Assembly (NCBI GenBank): GCA_025603075.1
Contig: MU626422.1
Coordinates: 1 to 43,767, forward strand
Origin: Neoconidiobolus thromboides FSU 785
Lineage: Eukaryota > Fungi > Entomophthoromycota
Reading direction: 5' to 3'
DNA: 43,767 nucleotides
This document shows, one piece after another, positions 32,222 to 42,912 of the stretch. The notes under the pieces were generated by a model. It was not told the DNA's origin. It did no database searches and worked only from the letters and a program-made list of their open reading frames with translations. The position numbers and the translations under genes are program-made. Numbering within the stretch: position 1 is the stretch's first letter; every line of letters starts with the position of its first letter.

Positions 32222-33440
32222 CGAATACAAATCTTTATATGATATTGAAGGTGTTAGCTTGTGTGATTAATAAATTTAAGTTCAAGAACATAATTGACCA
32301 AACCATAAATCGATCTATTTTTTGAGCTCTTGCAAAATTTGTAAATTAGCATAAATACTCCAAACCTATCTTTTTTTCAACATTTGCATTATAAAAAGTT
32401 CTAAATTTTGTAGTTCATGATAAACAAGATATATCATAAAAACATTCATATACGAATTTTGTAGATTTAAATCTAAATCAAACTGCAAAATTATTTATGT
32501 TTATATTTATATCTATAAGCTTTTAAATCTACTCATTTATGCACTATCATTGAAAGCGTAAGGATCTTAGACAAAGTTGTAGATACCTTTGAAATAAACA
32601 TACACAATTGTTTTTTAGTACTACTCCATCTTTTAACCATTAGATATCCAAATATAAACTTTACACTAGATTAATCTGTCATGAAATTCCAATTAAAGTT
32701 TTTAGTTTAAAGCTTAGAAGCCTTGTTTCTATGACCTATAAGGTACATATAGATAATTTAATGTTATATGAGTGTTTAAATATGTCTTAATTTATAGTAT
32801 CCTCACTTCAAGAAAAAACCTTTTGATTCATAATAGCTACACTAAAGTTACTACCTTTTGGCTATAAAACTAATTTTATGACCAATGTAAAATAAATAGT
32901 AGTAATTTAGTATACTACATTTCCAAAGAAAGTAACATTATATGGGGTTTTCTCTATTTTTATAAAGCAACAGCTACAAGTAGAACAGGACTATAGTATA
33001 TAAAGAAAAAGAACGATTATTATAATTATTATATTATTTACAAATTGTACGGGAATGAAACACTTGAGGTGCAATTTGAACAGTAAAAGTTATATATATC
33101 ATTCTATAGTTAAATAAAGTCAAAAACTGTCAACAAAAAACTATTAATAGAACGCTATATAAAAGAAGAAAATTTATGTTAAGAGAAATTTAAACTTAAA
33201 CCAGTAATAATTAAATTCAAGTTGCTATTAGTTAAAATCGTAGTTGTCATAGATTATTTACACTTAAATGCTTGTAACTATTCTTTGAGCCACTCTAGTT
33301 TTAATTTAATGCTTGTCATTTTAAAAACTATTAGTTTAATATAAATATTTATTAACTTGTAATATGTCTTTTAAATCAGCTACATTCTTATAAGTATCTA
33401 CTGCTTTTAGAAAGTGAATTAACTTTTGTTAAGAGATACT

Positions 33441-34700
33441 ATGAAATATACAAGACTTGAACAAGTTATAGTATCACACATATGTCAAAAATATATATGC
33501 AAACTGTAGTTCAAGAAAAAGTGACGATTATCAAACAAATCGTGGCAGATAATTTATTTATTCTAAAAACATTACTATAACGAAACGGTTTACTATAAAT
33601 GAAAGGACTTAAAGAATTATTGATCACAAACTGAATTATAAAAAAGAAAGTCACAAATCAAATACCCAATTAAATTCAGTTACAATTGATTCAGCCAAAT
33701 AAATTGGTGGATTTACATTTTCTAAATATTTATTTGAGATAGTAAATAGGATTATCAAATGGAACTTAGCTTATTCACACTACAGTGAATCTAGGTTCAG
33801 TAAATATCAAAAGTTTATCAAACAAAATGAGACTTTGATGAAGCATTTATGTATACATGAAAACAAAATTCAATTGACAAATTATTGTTCAAATGTTATA
33901 TCTATAAATTATAGTAGTTATAATTATATAATTATAAGAATGATAGCAATATTAATTTGCCAAACAAAGAAAATAGTCATCAATTCTATAAATTATAGAC
34001 AGTCACTAATAATTTAGAGATTATCTAAATTAACTTGAATTATTTGAATTTAAGACTAGTCGCATAAATATTGAAGAAGTTATTCAATATCTAAGTCCAA
34101 ATAGATTAAAGTTACTCAAATTGGTTTTCAATTCTTCCTTTTATATTAATGGAATAGATGTTATTAAAAGCCAGTTTAAAAAGTTGAAAATATTACATTT
34201 AACTTCAACTTCAAGTATCTTTACAACTAATGATTTCAATTCCAGTCTAAATTTTAATTCTAATTTAGAGTTATTAATCAAAGGGCATTTAAATGATTAC
34301 TTTATTGATTACTTTAGAGACTTGATGAAACTAAAAAGTATTCAATTAATAGATAAATCTGCAAATTTGAACCTCAGGGTTATTAAAAGTAGTTATTTCA
34401 ATCTTGAACATACCATGAATACGCTAATTGAGCATTAATTTAATACTTGTTTTTAGCTACGACACCTACCTTAGAAGATAATTATACAAAGATAAACATT
34501 GGCATTCATTAAAAAACATTCTGGTGTTAAACTGTATGAAGTTACAGTAAGTTAGTTAGTAATTTATTATGTTTATAATTCAATGTAGTTATGAATACTA
34601 TAGAACTTGGTTCATTCATGACTGTAAGATGATCGAATTCATTTGCATTAGCTTTAATAGTGCTTTTTAGATATAACTATTGCTTTCCTACTATCTACTA
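33441..34700 (+). pseudogene. Degenerate leucine-rich (F-box/LRR-like) gene remnant
   Basis: Broken frames give LKLLKLVFNS, LKILHLTS and LKSIQLID repeats, with several stops and frameshifts. Candidate intron at 34547-34588. Boundaries are approximate. Confidence 0.4.
33723..34207 (+). repeat. ~485-bp inverted duplicate of 23342-23823
   Basis: Direct comparison with the reverse complement of 23342-23823. Confidence 0.92.
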
Positions 34701-35244
34701 AGTTTTGAATGATTAGCCTAAATTACCGTTTTTCTTAAACATTCCTTTATCTCATTTCTAGCTATAGACCTGATAAATTCAACTTTATAGATAAAATAGC
34801 TATAAAATTAGCACTCGTGTTCCTGGTTTTTATTCAAAAAAGCAGTTTTATTTATTATCGTTCATAATATCATTATGAATATTGATAGATGTCAGTCCTT
34901 AAAAGTAATCATCTAATAGCCTTAAATTTAAATTGGTAACTTATTTGAAATTGATAAAAATGGGCAATTTAGATCTCTATTTCGACCCGCTGAGAAGAAG
35001 AGTTATAAAAAGAAACATTAGAGCTCTTTACATTCCAAATTATACAGTTCATTCATTAAAAGCTAGTGACTGCCATGTGATAGTTCTTATTTGATAAACT
35101 GTAAGGTTTGGAATTTTAAGGGTTATAAAAAAATAAATTATTAAATTATTAATTACAATTATGTAACACATCGATAAAATTCAACAAATATAAAACTGCT
35201 ATTTTATAAATTTTAGTTAATTTTTTTATACAACTGATTGCTTT

Positions 35245-37014
35245 ATGACTCACTTAACAGCCAAAACTTTAAAAGATAATAAAACTTACTTAACAAAGGC
35301 CCATGAGAGAATAACCTCATTAGAGAATGAGTTGTTAACTTGTCTGTCGAAATTAAATGATAATGGCAACGATAAACAAGCGAAACCCAATAAAGCTCTA
35401 CTATTAGAATATATCCGATGGAGTCTAGTTTGTATATCCAGAAACAATAAATTAGAAGAATTGAAGAGAGAAGTTAGACGAAGAGCGAATAAAGAAGTGT
35501 ATTATAAAGAAGTGAATCATTTTAATATGGAAATTAACAGTGGGTTAAATTATTATAGTTCACTATTAAATCCAAACACAACTGACACATTAAACTGGCT
35601 ACATACTAACTATATTTCAAATCCCAGTTTAGATTTATATATTTCTCCAATCAAAGTAGATGGAAAGAAACCATCCGAGTTAATAAGAAGTTTCGTAGAT
35701 ATTTATAGTTTTCATTTAGATAAAAATGGACTCTGGTTTTCTCAAGATGAAATAGAAGGAATACTAAAGGATAAAGGAGAAAGTTTGTTAAAACAAATGT
35801 TATTAGAATCTATTAGTAGCTTAATGAATTCTGAACTAAAATTTCATTTCAAGATAAGAAATATTGAACAAAGACTTATTGAATGTTATAGTAACCCAAA
35901 TATTTCAAATTTATTTGCTATTACTTTAATTGTTGGTGAATTAATCTTCAAAAATGATTTCAAAAAAGCAGCTTACTACCTTTCAAATGCTACTAAGATG
36001 GCTTATATACTAGGGATTAATGATGTTACAAATAGTTTAATAGTTGATATTAATAATGGTATCTTTAAATATTCAAATTCTTATAAGAAACTTTGGGAGT
36101 TATTATTATTATTTCAATTAATTTTATTAGGTGAAGAAGGAGTAGGATTACCTATTATAAAAGAAGTAAAAGTATCTTCATTTAATCATGTAAACAATAA
36201 AGCTATTTGTTTACCAACTATGTCGAGACATTCTCAAAATAATATATCTTATAATATTCAAAAATTCAATTCTATGATGAATTATAAGGATAAAAGTAAT
36301 GATACAGAGATGATTTATTATTCTAAATGTATAACATTTCATTTACAATTATTACAGTCTCAAATTAACAATGAACATTTAATAAATAATGTCAAAACAA
36401 TCAATTCAATTGAAGAGTTTTATTTTAAGAAAGATGAGTTAATTAAGTTATTAATAGCAATTGAGACCGCTTTAAAAAATACTCCTTCTAGTTATAAAGT
36501 TTATAATCTATTAACTAAAAATCAAATCAACGAAATTTCCAATTTTGGTTTACCTCAACCCGATACAAAACCCACTTTTGGTTCTTGTGGTTATTTACTA
36601 TTATTAAATGGTAAATTATATCTAGCTGATCCTATATCTCATCTCAATCCGTTCAAACATGATTTGCTAGAAGATTGGCTTTGGGAAATAGGATTACAAG
36701 CAGCGGATGATATATATAACTTATTTTCAACTTTATTTAACAAAAAAAGGAAGGAAGGCTATGTTTATCACTTAATAAATAGTGCCCTTGATTGTATCCC
36801 TACATGTGCATTTTATTTTAATTCATTAGCAAATAAGGCATTTGATCCCAACATTCTTGAGCAAGTTTATTTGAAACTTAAAGAAATGTTAAATTGGTTT
36901 AAAGAGGATAGTGAGAAACATCATATATTTAATAATTCATTAATGTTTATAAATATAATGTCTCAGTTTACCAAAAAATTTAATTTATCACCAAATTATT
37001 CGTTTGATTTATAA
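35245..37014 (+). CDS. Paralog F of the same family, 589 aa
   Basis: TYLTKAHERI, KPSELIRSFVDIY, CYSNPNISNLFAITLI, AAYYLSNATKMAYILG and IGLQAADDIYNLFS motifs. Confidence 0.85.
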   Translation: MTHLTAKTLKDNKTYLTKAHERITSLENELLTCLSKLNDNGNDKQAKPNKALLLEYIRWSLVCISRNNKLEELKREVRRRANKEVYYKEVNHFNMEINSGLNYYSSLLNPNTTDTLNWLHTNYISNPSLDLYISPIKVDGKKPSELIRSFVDIYSFHLDKNGLWFSQDEIEGILKDKGESLLKQMLLESISSLMNSELKFHFKIRNIEQRLIECYSNPNISNLFAITLIVGELIFKNDFKKAAYYLSNATKMAYILGINDVTNSLIVDINNGIFKYSNSYKKLWELLLLFQLILLGEEGVGLPIIKEVKVSSFNHVNNKAICLPTMSRHSQNNISYNIQKFNSMMNYKDKSNDTEMIYYSKCITFHLQLLQSQINNEHLINNVKTINSIEEFYFKKDELIKLLIAIETALKNTPSSYKVYNLLTKNQINEISNFGLPQPDTKPTFGSCGYLLLLNGKLYLADPISHLNPFKHDLLEDWLWEIGLQAADDIYNLFSTLFNKKRKEGYVYHLINSALDCIPTCAFYFNSLANKAFDPNILEQVYLKLKEMLNWFKEDSEKHHIFNNSLMFINIMSQFTKKFNLSPNYSFDL

Positions 37015-38073
37015 CCGTAACGATTATGATTATTAATTTTGATAATATTAAATTAATACATTGTCTACCGCTATCTCTTTTTCTTTAAGCCACTTTTTCG
37101 AATGTTATCTTAGTCTCTAAAACAATACTCTTTACTTTAAAAGCTTTCATTCTTTGTATTAAGGTTTGAGTCATAGATAAAAAAATTACCACTTTATAGT
37201 CTGGCCTATCTAGTAATCTTTCTTCTTTATTCAAACTTATTACTATTTAAATTCATAAAAGCTTTAAGAAAGAAGTGAATCAGATATAGTTTTTCCTATC
37301 TGCTTTTTCAAAGATAATAATTAATTGAACTAAGTCTTATCTTAAAGAGATTTAGTTATTTAAAAGCAATCATCTTATATGTTTATTGATCTATATTTTA
37401 TGTTATTAATAAAGTATTTAAGGCTAGCACCCTCTAAAAAAATAATTTAATTAACTTTTAGGTTTAGAAAGTGGGCTCATAAAAGAAAAAACATTTCAAT
37501 ATTAAAATTAGTATTGAATAAAAATAAACTATCTAAAATATATTTTAAACAGTAGATGATAAAAGCTTTTTATAATTAAACAAGGTTAAATAGTATCAGA
37601 AAAAAAGTGCAATTAAAGTGTTATATAAAAACTAAAATTAAAATCTAGTAAATCATTTAATACCAGTTTGATAATAACTAATATTAAACTAATTAATTAA
37701 GTACAGTAATCATTAAATAATATGAATTTGATAAAATAAACAAAAATAAAAATCTGATATATTCATTTAAATTTAAAAGTAAATTATAATCTAATATTTT
37801 AAATATTTTTATTTTTATTATATTAAGTTAACTGTAAAATAGCTTTATAGTTCAAATAAATAACAACCGTACCATTACAAAAGATTCAATTAAAATAAGT
37901 TTTTTAATAAACATCTATCATTACAGCTAGTAATTTCTGGCTTTTATAAATATAGAAGTGAATAGGTTGTTTTATGATTGATTTATATTATACTACTCCA
38001 ACTATCTCAAGTTTGTAAAGTTTAACACTATATTAGTAAATTGCCTTGTAATTGACTAACAGATCGATAAGAT

Positions 38074-38146
38074 GGGGAACTAGCTCAGATGGTAGAGCGC
38101 TCGCTTAGCATGCGAGAGGCACCGGGATCGATGCCCGGGTTCTCCA
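38074..38146 (+). tRNA. tRNA-Ala: tRNA-Ala(AGC)
   Basis: 73-nt cloverleaf with acceptor stem GGGGAAC/GTTCTCC and the G3:U70 alanine determinant; anticodon loop TTAGCAT; no intron. Confidence 0.97.
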
Positions 38147-38158
38147 AGATTAAGATAT

Positions 38159-38246
38159 GGGGAGTGTCTTTTTTAACTTCATTTTTTCAGCGCTATCTAA
38201 GCGGAAAATTTGCTAACAAAATTCTTAAACACAAAAATACATCCCC
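38159..38246 (-). mobile_element. MITE copy 12, 12 bp downstream of the tRNA
   Basis: TSD ATAT on both sides; short internal deletion relative to consensus. Confidence 0.9.
38169..38174 (+). terminator. Probable Pol III terminator for tRNA 38074-38146 (lies inside MITE 12)
   Basis: First run of 4 or more T after the tRNA 3' end (TTTTTT). Confidence 0.55.
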
Positions 38247-38685
38247 ATATCTTAGATTTATATTTTTGCTCTCATAAGCAAGTAGCAAGTACTTTGAAGA
38301 TCAAACTTTATAACATATCTAGTCAATTTTTTTCTAATTTTAATAACACAAGTAATGAAATTTTATAAAATTCAAAGCATAATAAATACAAGAATATTAA
38401 ACTTTTATAATTAATTTTTGCTTATTAATAGTTTATAAAGCTTATTGATTTATATGTTTAATTATTTTATTATAGTTAGTAAAATAAAATTAACAATAAT
38501 AAAAAATAGTCAATAAATTAATTACCATTATATCACATTATAAAAAAATACTCAATTATATATTATTAACTTAAGGATTAGACTTTTAAAAAAGCCAATT
38601 AAATCAACCAAATAAAACTAAATAATCTTTTTTAATAAACTATCTATTTAAAAGTAAACAGTTATTATTACAGATAAAAGCGAAT

Positions 38686-38694
38686 TGATTGGCT
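38686..38694 (-). promoter_or_regulatory. Candidate CCAAT box
   Basis: AGCCAATCA on the minus strand, ~85 bp upstream of the 38780 ATG. Confidence 0.4.
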
Positions 38695-38779
38695 CAATTT
38701 TAAAGTAAAAAAATATCAAAAATAAGCCACTTTTATCAAAGCTTTATGTTTTTAATAATTAAATACTTTTAATTAGTTC

Positions 38780-40132
38780 ATGTTTTATTTCATCTTACTA
38801 TTAAGTTTAAGCTGGACCTTAGCGACAATCAATAATAATCCCAAGTTATATAATGGTAAATGTATATTAATGAAGGATACGGTTTATTATTTTGGTGGAA
38901 AGGTATTTAATAGAGGAAAAGAAGAGATGAATAAACATGTTTATGAGATGAAGTTAAAGCAAGCTGAACAATTAAAATGGGACAAAATAGATAATAATAG
39001 TTTATTTAATAATAAAATATATTCTAATATAATACAATATAATAAAACAATGATTTTGATGTTAAGAGAACAAGATATAAATACAGAAAATGAATTTATC
39101 ATGTATAATATTCAATCGAATACCTGGATTAAAGATACTCAAATGAAATTAAGTTTGAATAAAGTATTAAATAATAATGATTCATTAATAAATCCTTATT
39201 TAGTAAAAGATAGAGATAATGATATGATCTATTTATTTGGTGGTAAATTTAAAAATAATATTTATAATAAAGATATATTTATTTATAATATAAACAAATC
39301 AACTTGGGATAAAAGAAATTTCAATGAAATTATTGGTATTAATGGTGAAGCTACTTATTTAAAATCAATGATTATTATAATTGGTGGAGAAAAAGAAAAT
39401 CAAATTAAATATAAAAATAATCAATTAAATTTAATATCATTAGATATAATGAATTTAATTACAAAATCAACTTCAGGTATAATACCATCTAGCTTAAGTA
39501 AATTCTTAATAACAGATTATAAAGATGATGTTTATATTATAAATAATAGTAATAATAATGATAATAGTATTTATAAACTTAAAACTTCAATCTTTGAGTG
39601 GGAAAAAATTAATATTAATGAATTAAAAGTATATGAGGATGCTTGTTTAATAGGTTATAATGAACATTTAATAGTCTCTTTTGGAAAAAACAAAGAAGAA
39701 TATAATACAGATATTCAAATCATCAATTTAAAGGAGGGAAAGTTAGTTGATAATATAATTGATGAAACTCACTTAACAAATAATAATAATAATAATAATA
39801 ATAATATAAAATCAACACAAGAAATCAATAGTAATTCAATAATAAATACAATATTAGGAATATCAATAAGTTTATTAATAATAATAATAATATTTAGTAC
39901 TATATTTTATATTAAATATAAAAAGAAAATCAATAGAAATAATAAGTATAATTATAAGCCACCTGAATATTTAGATGAGTTATTATGGATTTATAATGAA
40001 AAAGAAGTAAATAGTAAAATTAATTTTGATACTCAATTAACTTACATTGATTCAGATTTGAATTCACCAGAGAAAGCATTATTATCTTTAAATAAAAAAT
40101 GTAGTTCATACAATTATACAAAGACATTGTAA
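38780..40132 (+). CDS. Signal peptide + kelch beta-propeller + single TM protein, 450 aa
   Basis: Hydrophobic N-terminus, repeated (Y/F)xFGG / IIGG blades and a TM segment ILGISISLLIIIIIFSTIFYI followed by KYKKK. Confidence 0.88.
   Translation: MFYFILLLSLSWTLATINNNPKLYNGKCILMKDTVYYFGGKVFNRGKEEMNKHVYEMKLKQAEQLKWDKIDNNSLFNNKIYSNIIQYNKTMILMLREQDINTENEFIMYNIQSNTWIKDTQMKLSLNKVLNNNDSLINPYLVKDRDNDMIYLFGGKFKNNIYNKDIFIYNINKSTWDKRNFNEIIGINGEATYLKSMIIIIGGEKENQIKYKNNQLNLISLDIMNLITKSTSGIIPSSLSKFLITDYKDDVYIINNSNNNDNSIYKLKTSIFEWEKININELKVYEDACLIGYNEHLIVSFGKNKEEYNTDIQIINLKEGKLVDNIIDETHLTNNNNNNNNNIKSTQEINSNSIINTILGISISLLIIIIIFSTIFYIKYKKKINRNNKYNYKPPEYLDELLWIYNEKEVNSKINFDTQLTYIDSDLNSPEKALLSLNKKCSSYNYTKTL
39779..39805 (+). 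repeat. (AAT)9 microsatellite encoding poly-Asn in the juxtamembrane stalk
   Basis: Nine tandem AAT codons. Confidence 0.9.
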
Positions 40133-40268
40133 TTGAGTAATAAATTCAATTGAAATTCAACAAAAATGATAAACTATGAAATTCTTTTTGGTTAATCAAT
40201 ATTCTTTTTTTTCTTTTTAGTTAATCTTAGTTGATCTAATAACAATCTAAAATTTAATGTTCATTTTA

Positions 40269-40277
40269 AACCAATCA
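40269..40277 (+). promoter_or_regulatory. Candidate CCAAT box
   Basis: AACCAATCA, ~150 bp upstream of the 40427 ATG. Confidence 0.35.
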
Positions 40278-40426
40278 ATTTTCGCCAAGCATATTCATTA
40301 ATATATTTTAATAAAGATGAATCTTAACAACTAAGTGGTGTAACTTAAATTGAAGTATATTTAAACAAAAATTTTTCTTTTAATGATTCAAACTGTTTTT
40401 ATTATTTTAATAATTTTATATTAATA

Positions 40427-40852
40427 ATGACTTATACTGACTTCTTAGGTGCTAATCATGCAGCTTCAGGACATTGGAATGATGCTCCTAAATCAATCTT
40501 ATTAAAAAAGAATCAAAATAAAGATATTAATTCTGAGATTCAATATACTCAATTTGAATGTTATACTAAATTAACTCAACTCATTAATAGTATTGATATC
40601 AATTCATTATCTATAATGGAAAAAAATAAAATTAGAGATATTAATATGAGATTAGAAGCGTTTAAAAATTCAAAAGAAGTATCTAATGAAGTGTTAATGA
40701 TGTTGTCAAATATTATTCATAAGTTAATGGAAAAAGAGTTTAAAGCTGCTCTTGATTTACATGCTAAGGTACTACTTCAAGCTGATGGAATTCATACGCG
40801 TTGGTTAGTTGGAGTTAAAAGAATTATCGAAGTTTTAAAGATTCAAGTTTAA
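40427..40852 (+). CDS. Stand-alone SRA1/Sec31 C-terminal domain protein, 141 aa
   Basis: N-terminal GHWNDAP (cf. GWNDPP), RDINMRLEAF, and C-terminal ALDLHAKVL...RWLVGVKRII, typical of the SRA1/Sec31 helical domain. Confidence 0.8.
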   Translation: MTYTDFLGANHAASGHWNDAPKSILLKKNQNKDINSEIQYTQFECYTKLTQLINSIDINSLSIMEKNKIRDINMRLEAFKNSKEVSNEVLMMLSNIIHKLMEKEFKAALDLHAKVLLQADGIHTRWLVGVKRIIEVLKIQV

Positions 40853-41410
40853 AGTTTAGAAGAGTGTATTATTATTGTTATTAAATATGAGACTAATTTT
40901 ATTAACTAATTTTTATTGCCATTTTTTATTATATATTTATTAATACAATTAAAGTAATTAATAAGTAAGTTAAATTTTATTTAATATCATCTTTTTAATA
41001 AACTAACTATTTTATTCTTATTTTCTTATACTTTGATATAAGTTTCTATTACAATAAGTATAGAAAGTGACTTAACTTTATATTAGAATATTGTATAAAA
41101 TAAAATAATTAAATAGAAGACTTTAAAGTTTATTAGATTTAGTTATTAATCGTAATATGTCCTTTGTTCAACATATATCACTCGATTTACTTTTCGTAAT
41201 CAATAACATCTTTAATTATTTTATTAACATAATTTTCACTTAGACTAATAAAAATTGTTTTTAACATTTATAGTCGAAATTCCATTAAAAAGGTAATATT
41301 TTCAATATTAATAAATTAATAGTTCTAATAAATTTTATAAACTAAAAAAACAATAATGAAAAAAAATACTTTTATTACTTCTTTATAATTAAGTTTTTTT
41401 ATTTAAAATA

Positions 41411-42565
41411 ATGTTAATAGTAACTCTAATCTATTTCTTTCTTCCTTTTATTTTCTCCAAAAACAGTTTTCATTGCGATCTAATATCTGGTAAAGCCTAC
41501 CTCATTGGGGGTAGTGTCTCAACGAATTCAAGAAAATCAGCAGCATTTAGTAAAATATTAATGAGTGATTTAACTCAAGATGTAAATTTAACTTCAATTA
41601 ATATCAAATGGGATTATAAACCGACTATATCATCACCTATGGATTATGATGGAGGATTCGTTACCTTAGCTGAAGAAAGTAAAGTATTATTTTTTAGCGG
41701 TAAAAAATTACAACTATTAGCATTAGATATTAATACATTAGAATGGAAATTAATGAGAGAACAATCAGAAGAATTTAAAAAATTATTTAATAATAATGAT
41801 ATTAATGAATTAGAAGGATTACAGTTAATAAAAGATGATAATAAAAATTGTGTTTATATATTTGGTGGGAAATCAATAACAAAAAACAAAAAACAAGTTA
41901 AGAACAAGAAATTATTTATATTTGATTTAACTGCATTGAAATTTAGTAATAAAACAGATGAAGTAGACTTTCCATTTGATAGCAAATTAGTTTATATTAA
42001 GAATCAAGGTTTAATTATGAGTTTAGGAGGATATGATATGAATGGAAAACAAGTAGGATATTCAAAAGCAATTATTAAGTCTATTGATAAACCACAATAC
42101 GAATTAATAACTGATTTCAAAGATATCGATATACTTAATCCTTCTTTATTATCAGATTCAACTAATCTCTATTTACTTGGTGGTAAACAAAAAGAGTCTG
42201 TAATTTATTTACTTAGATTAAGTAAAGGTACATTAGTATCGGAGCCCATACCCATTAACAATCTTATTTCATTTGAAAATCCCTGTTTATTAACCTTTAA
42301 TAATTATCTCATCTACACATCTGGTACTGATGAAATTGGCAATATAATCAATCAAATTCAAGTAATTGATTTATATAATATGAATAAAGTAACTCATTCC
42401 AATATAAATCTAAATCAAACATATATCTTTAGAGATCCAGGTAAGTATGGTGCTATGTTAGGAGGTGTCACTGGTCTTGCCACTGGGCTGTTTTTTATAT
42501 TATTATCTATAATTTATTTTTTTTATATTAGAAAAAATAAAAATGCTAGTTTGAATCAACATTAA
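41411..42565 (+). CDS. Second signal peptide + kelch + TM protein, 384 aa
   Basis: YLIGG, YIFGG, SLGG and YLLGG blades; CLL..NNYLIY..G shared with the first kelch ORF; C-terminal TM followed by RKNK. Confidence 0.88.
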   Translation: MLIVTLIYFFLPFIFSKNSFHCDLISGKAYLIGGSVSTNSRKSAAFSKILMSDLTQDVNLTSINIKWDYKPTISSPMDYDGGFVTLAEESKVLFFSGKKLQLLALDINTLEWKLMREQSEEFKKLFNNNDINELEGLQLIKDDNKNCVYIFGGKSITKNKKQVKNKKLFIFDLTALKFSNKTDEVDFPFDSKLVYIKNQGLIMSLGGYDMNGKQVGYSKAIIKSIDKPQYELITDFKDIDILNPSLLSDSTNLYLLGGKQKESVIYLLRLSKGTLVSEPIPINNLISFENPCLLTFNNYLIYTSGTDEIGNIINQIQVIDLYNMNKVTHSNINLNQTYIFRDPGKYGAMLGGVTGLATGLFFILLSIIYFFYIRKNKNASLNQH

Positions 42566-42738
42566 GTTGAACTCAAAATATAAAATTAAATTATATTTTA
42601 TCAAATATTGTTATTCATTTTATTATATAATCTAAGTTTTTATTATCTATAATAAAAATGGCAAAACCTTCATTTATCTGGTTTAAATAAACTAATTTAT
42701 TAAGAATATATTTTGATAAAAGATAGCAACCAACAAAT

Positions 42739-42837
42739 GGGGGGGTATTTTTTTTGACTTCATTACTTTTACATCTTTTAAGCACTATTTAAGCGGAAAA
42801 TTTGTTATAAAATTCTTAAACATAAAAACACATCCCC
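42739..42837 (-). mobile_element. MITE copy 13
   Basis: TSD AAAT on both sides; 75 bp downstream of the second tRNA. Confidence 0.9.
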
Positions 42838-42890
42838 AAATATTTACTTTTGATCTCTAGAGGGTATTTATATTTCTACTCATCAGTATC

Positions 42891-42895
42891 AAAAA
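42891..42895 (-). terminator. Probable Pol III terminator for tRNA 42913-42985
   Basis: TTTTT on the minus strand ~18 nt after the tRNA 3' end. Confidence 0.55.
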
Positions 42896-42912
42896 GTAAT
42901 AATCTCATTTTA

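Noticed and set aside
38070-38277. 62-aa ORF, and AGAT-GGGGA at the tRNA 5' end resembling a MITE terminus
   Set aside because: The ORF spans tRNA plus MITE; the resemblance is coincidental with the Ala acceptor stem.
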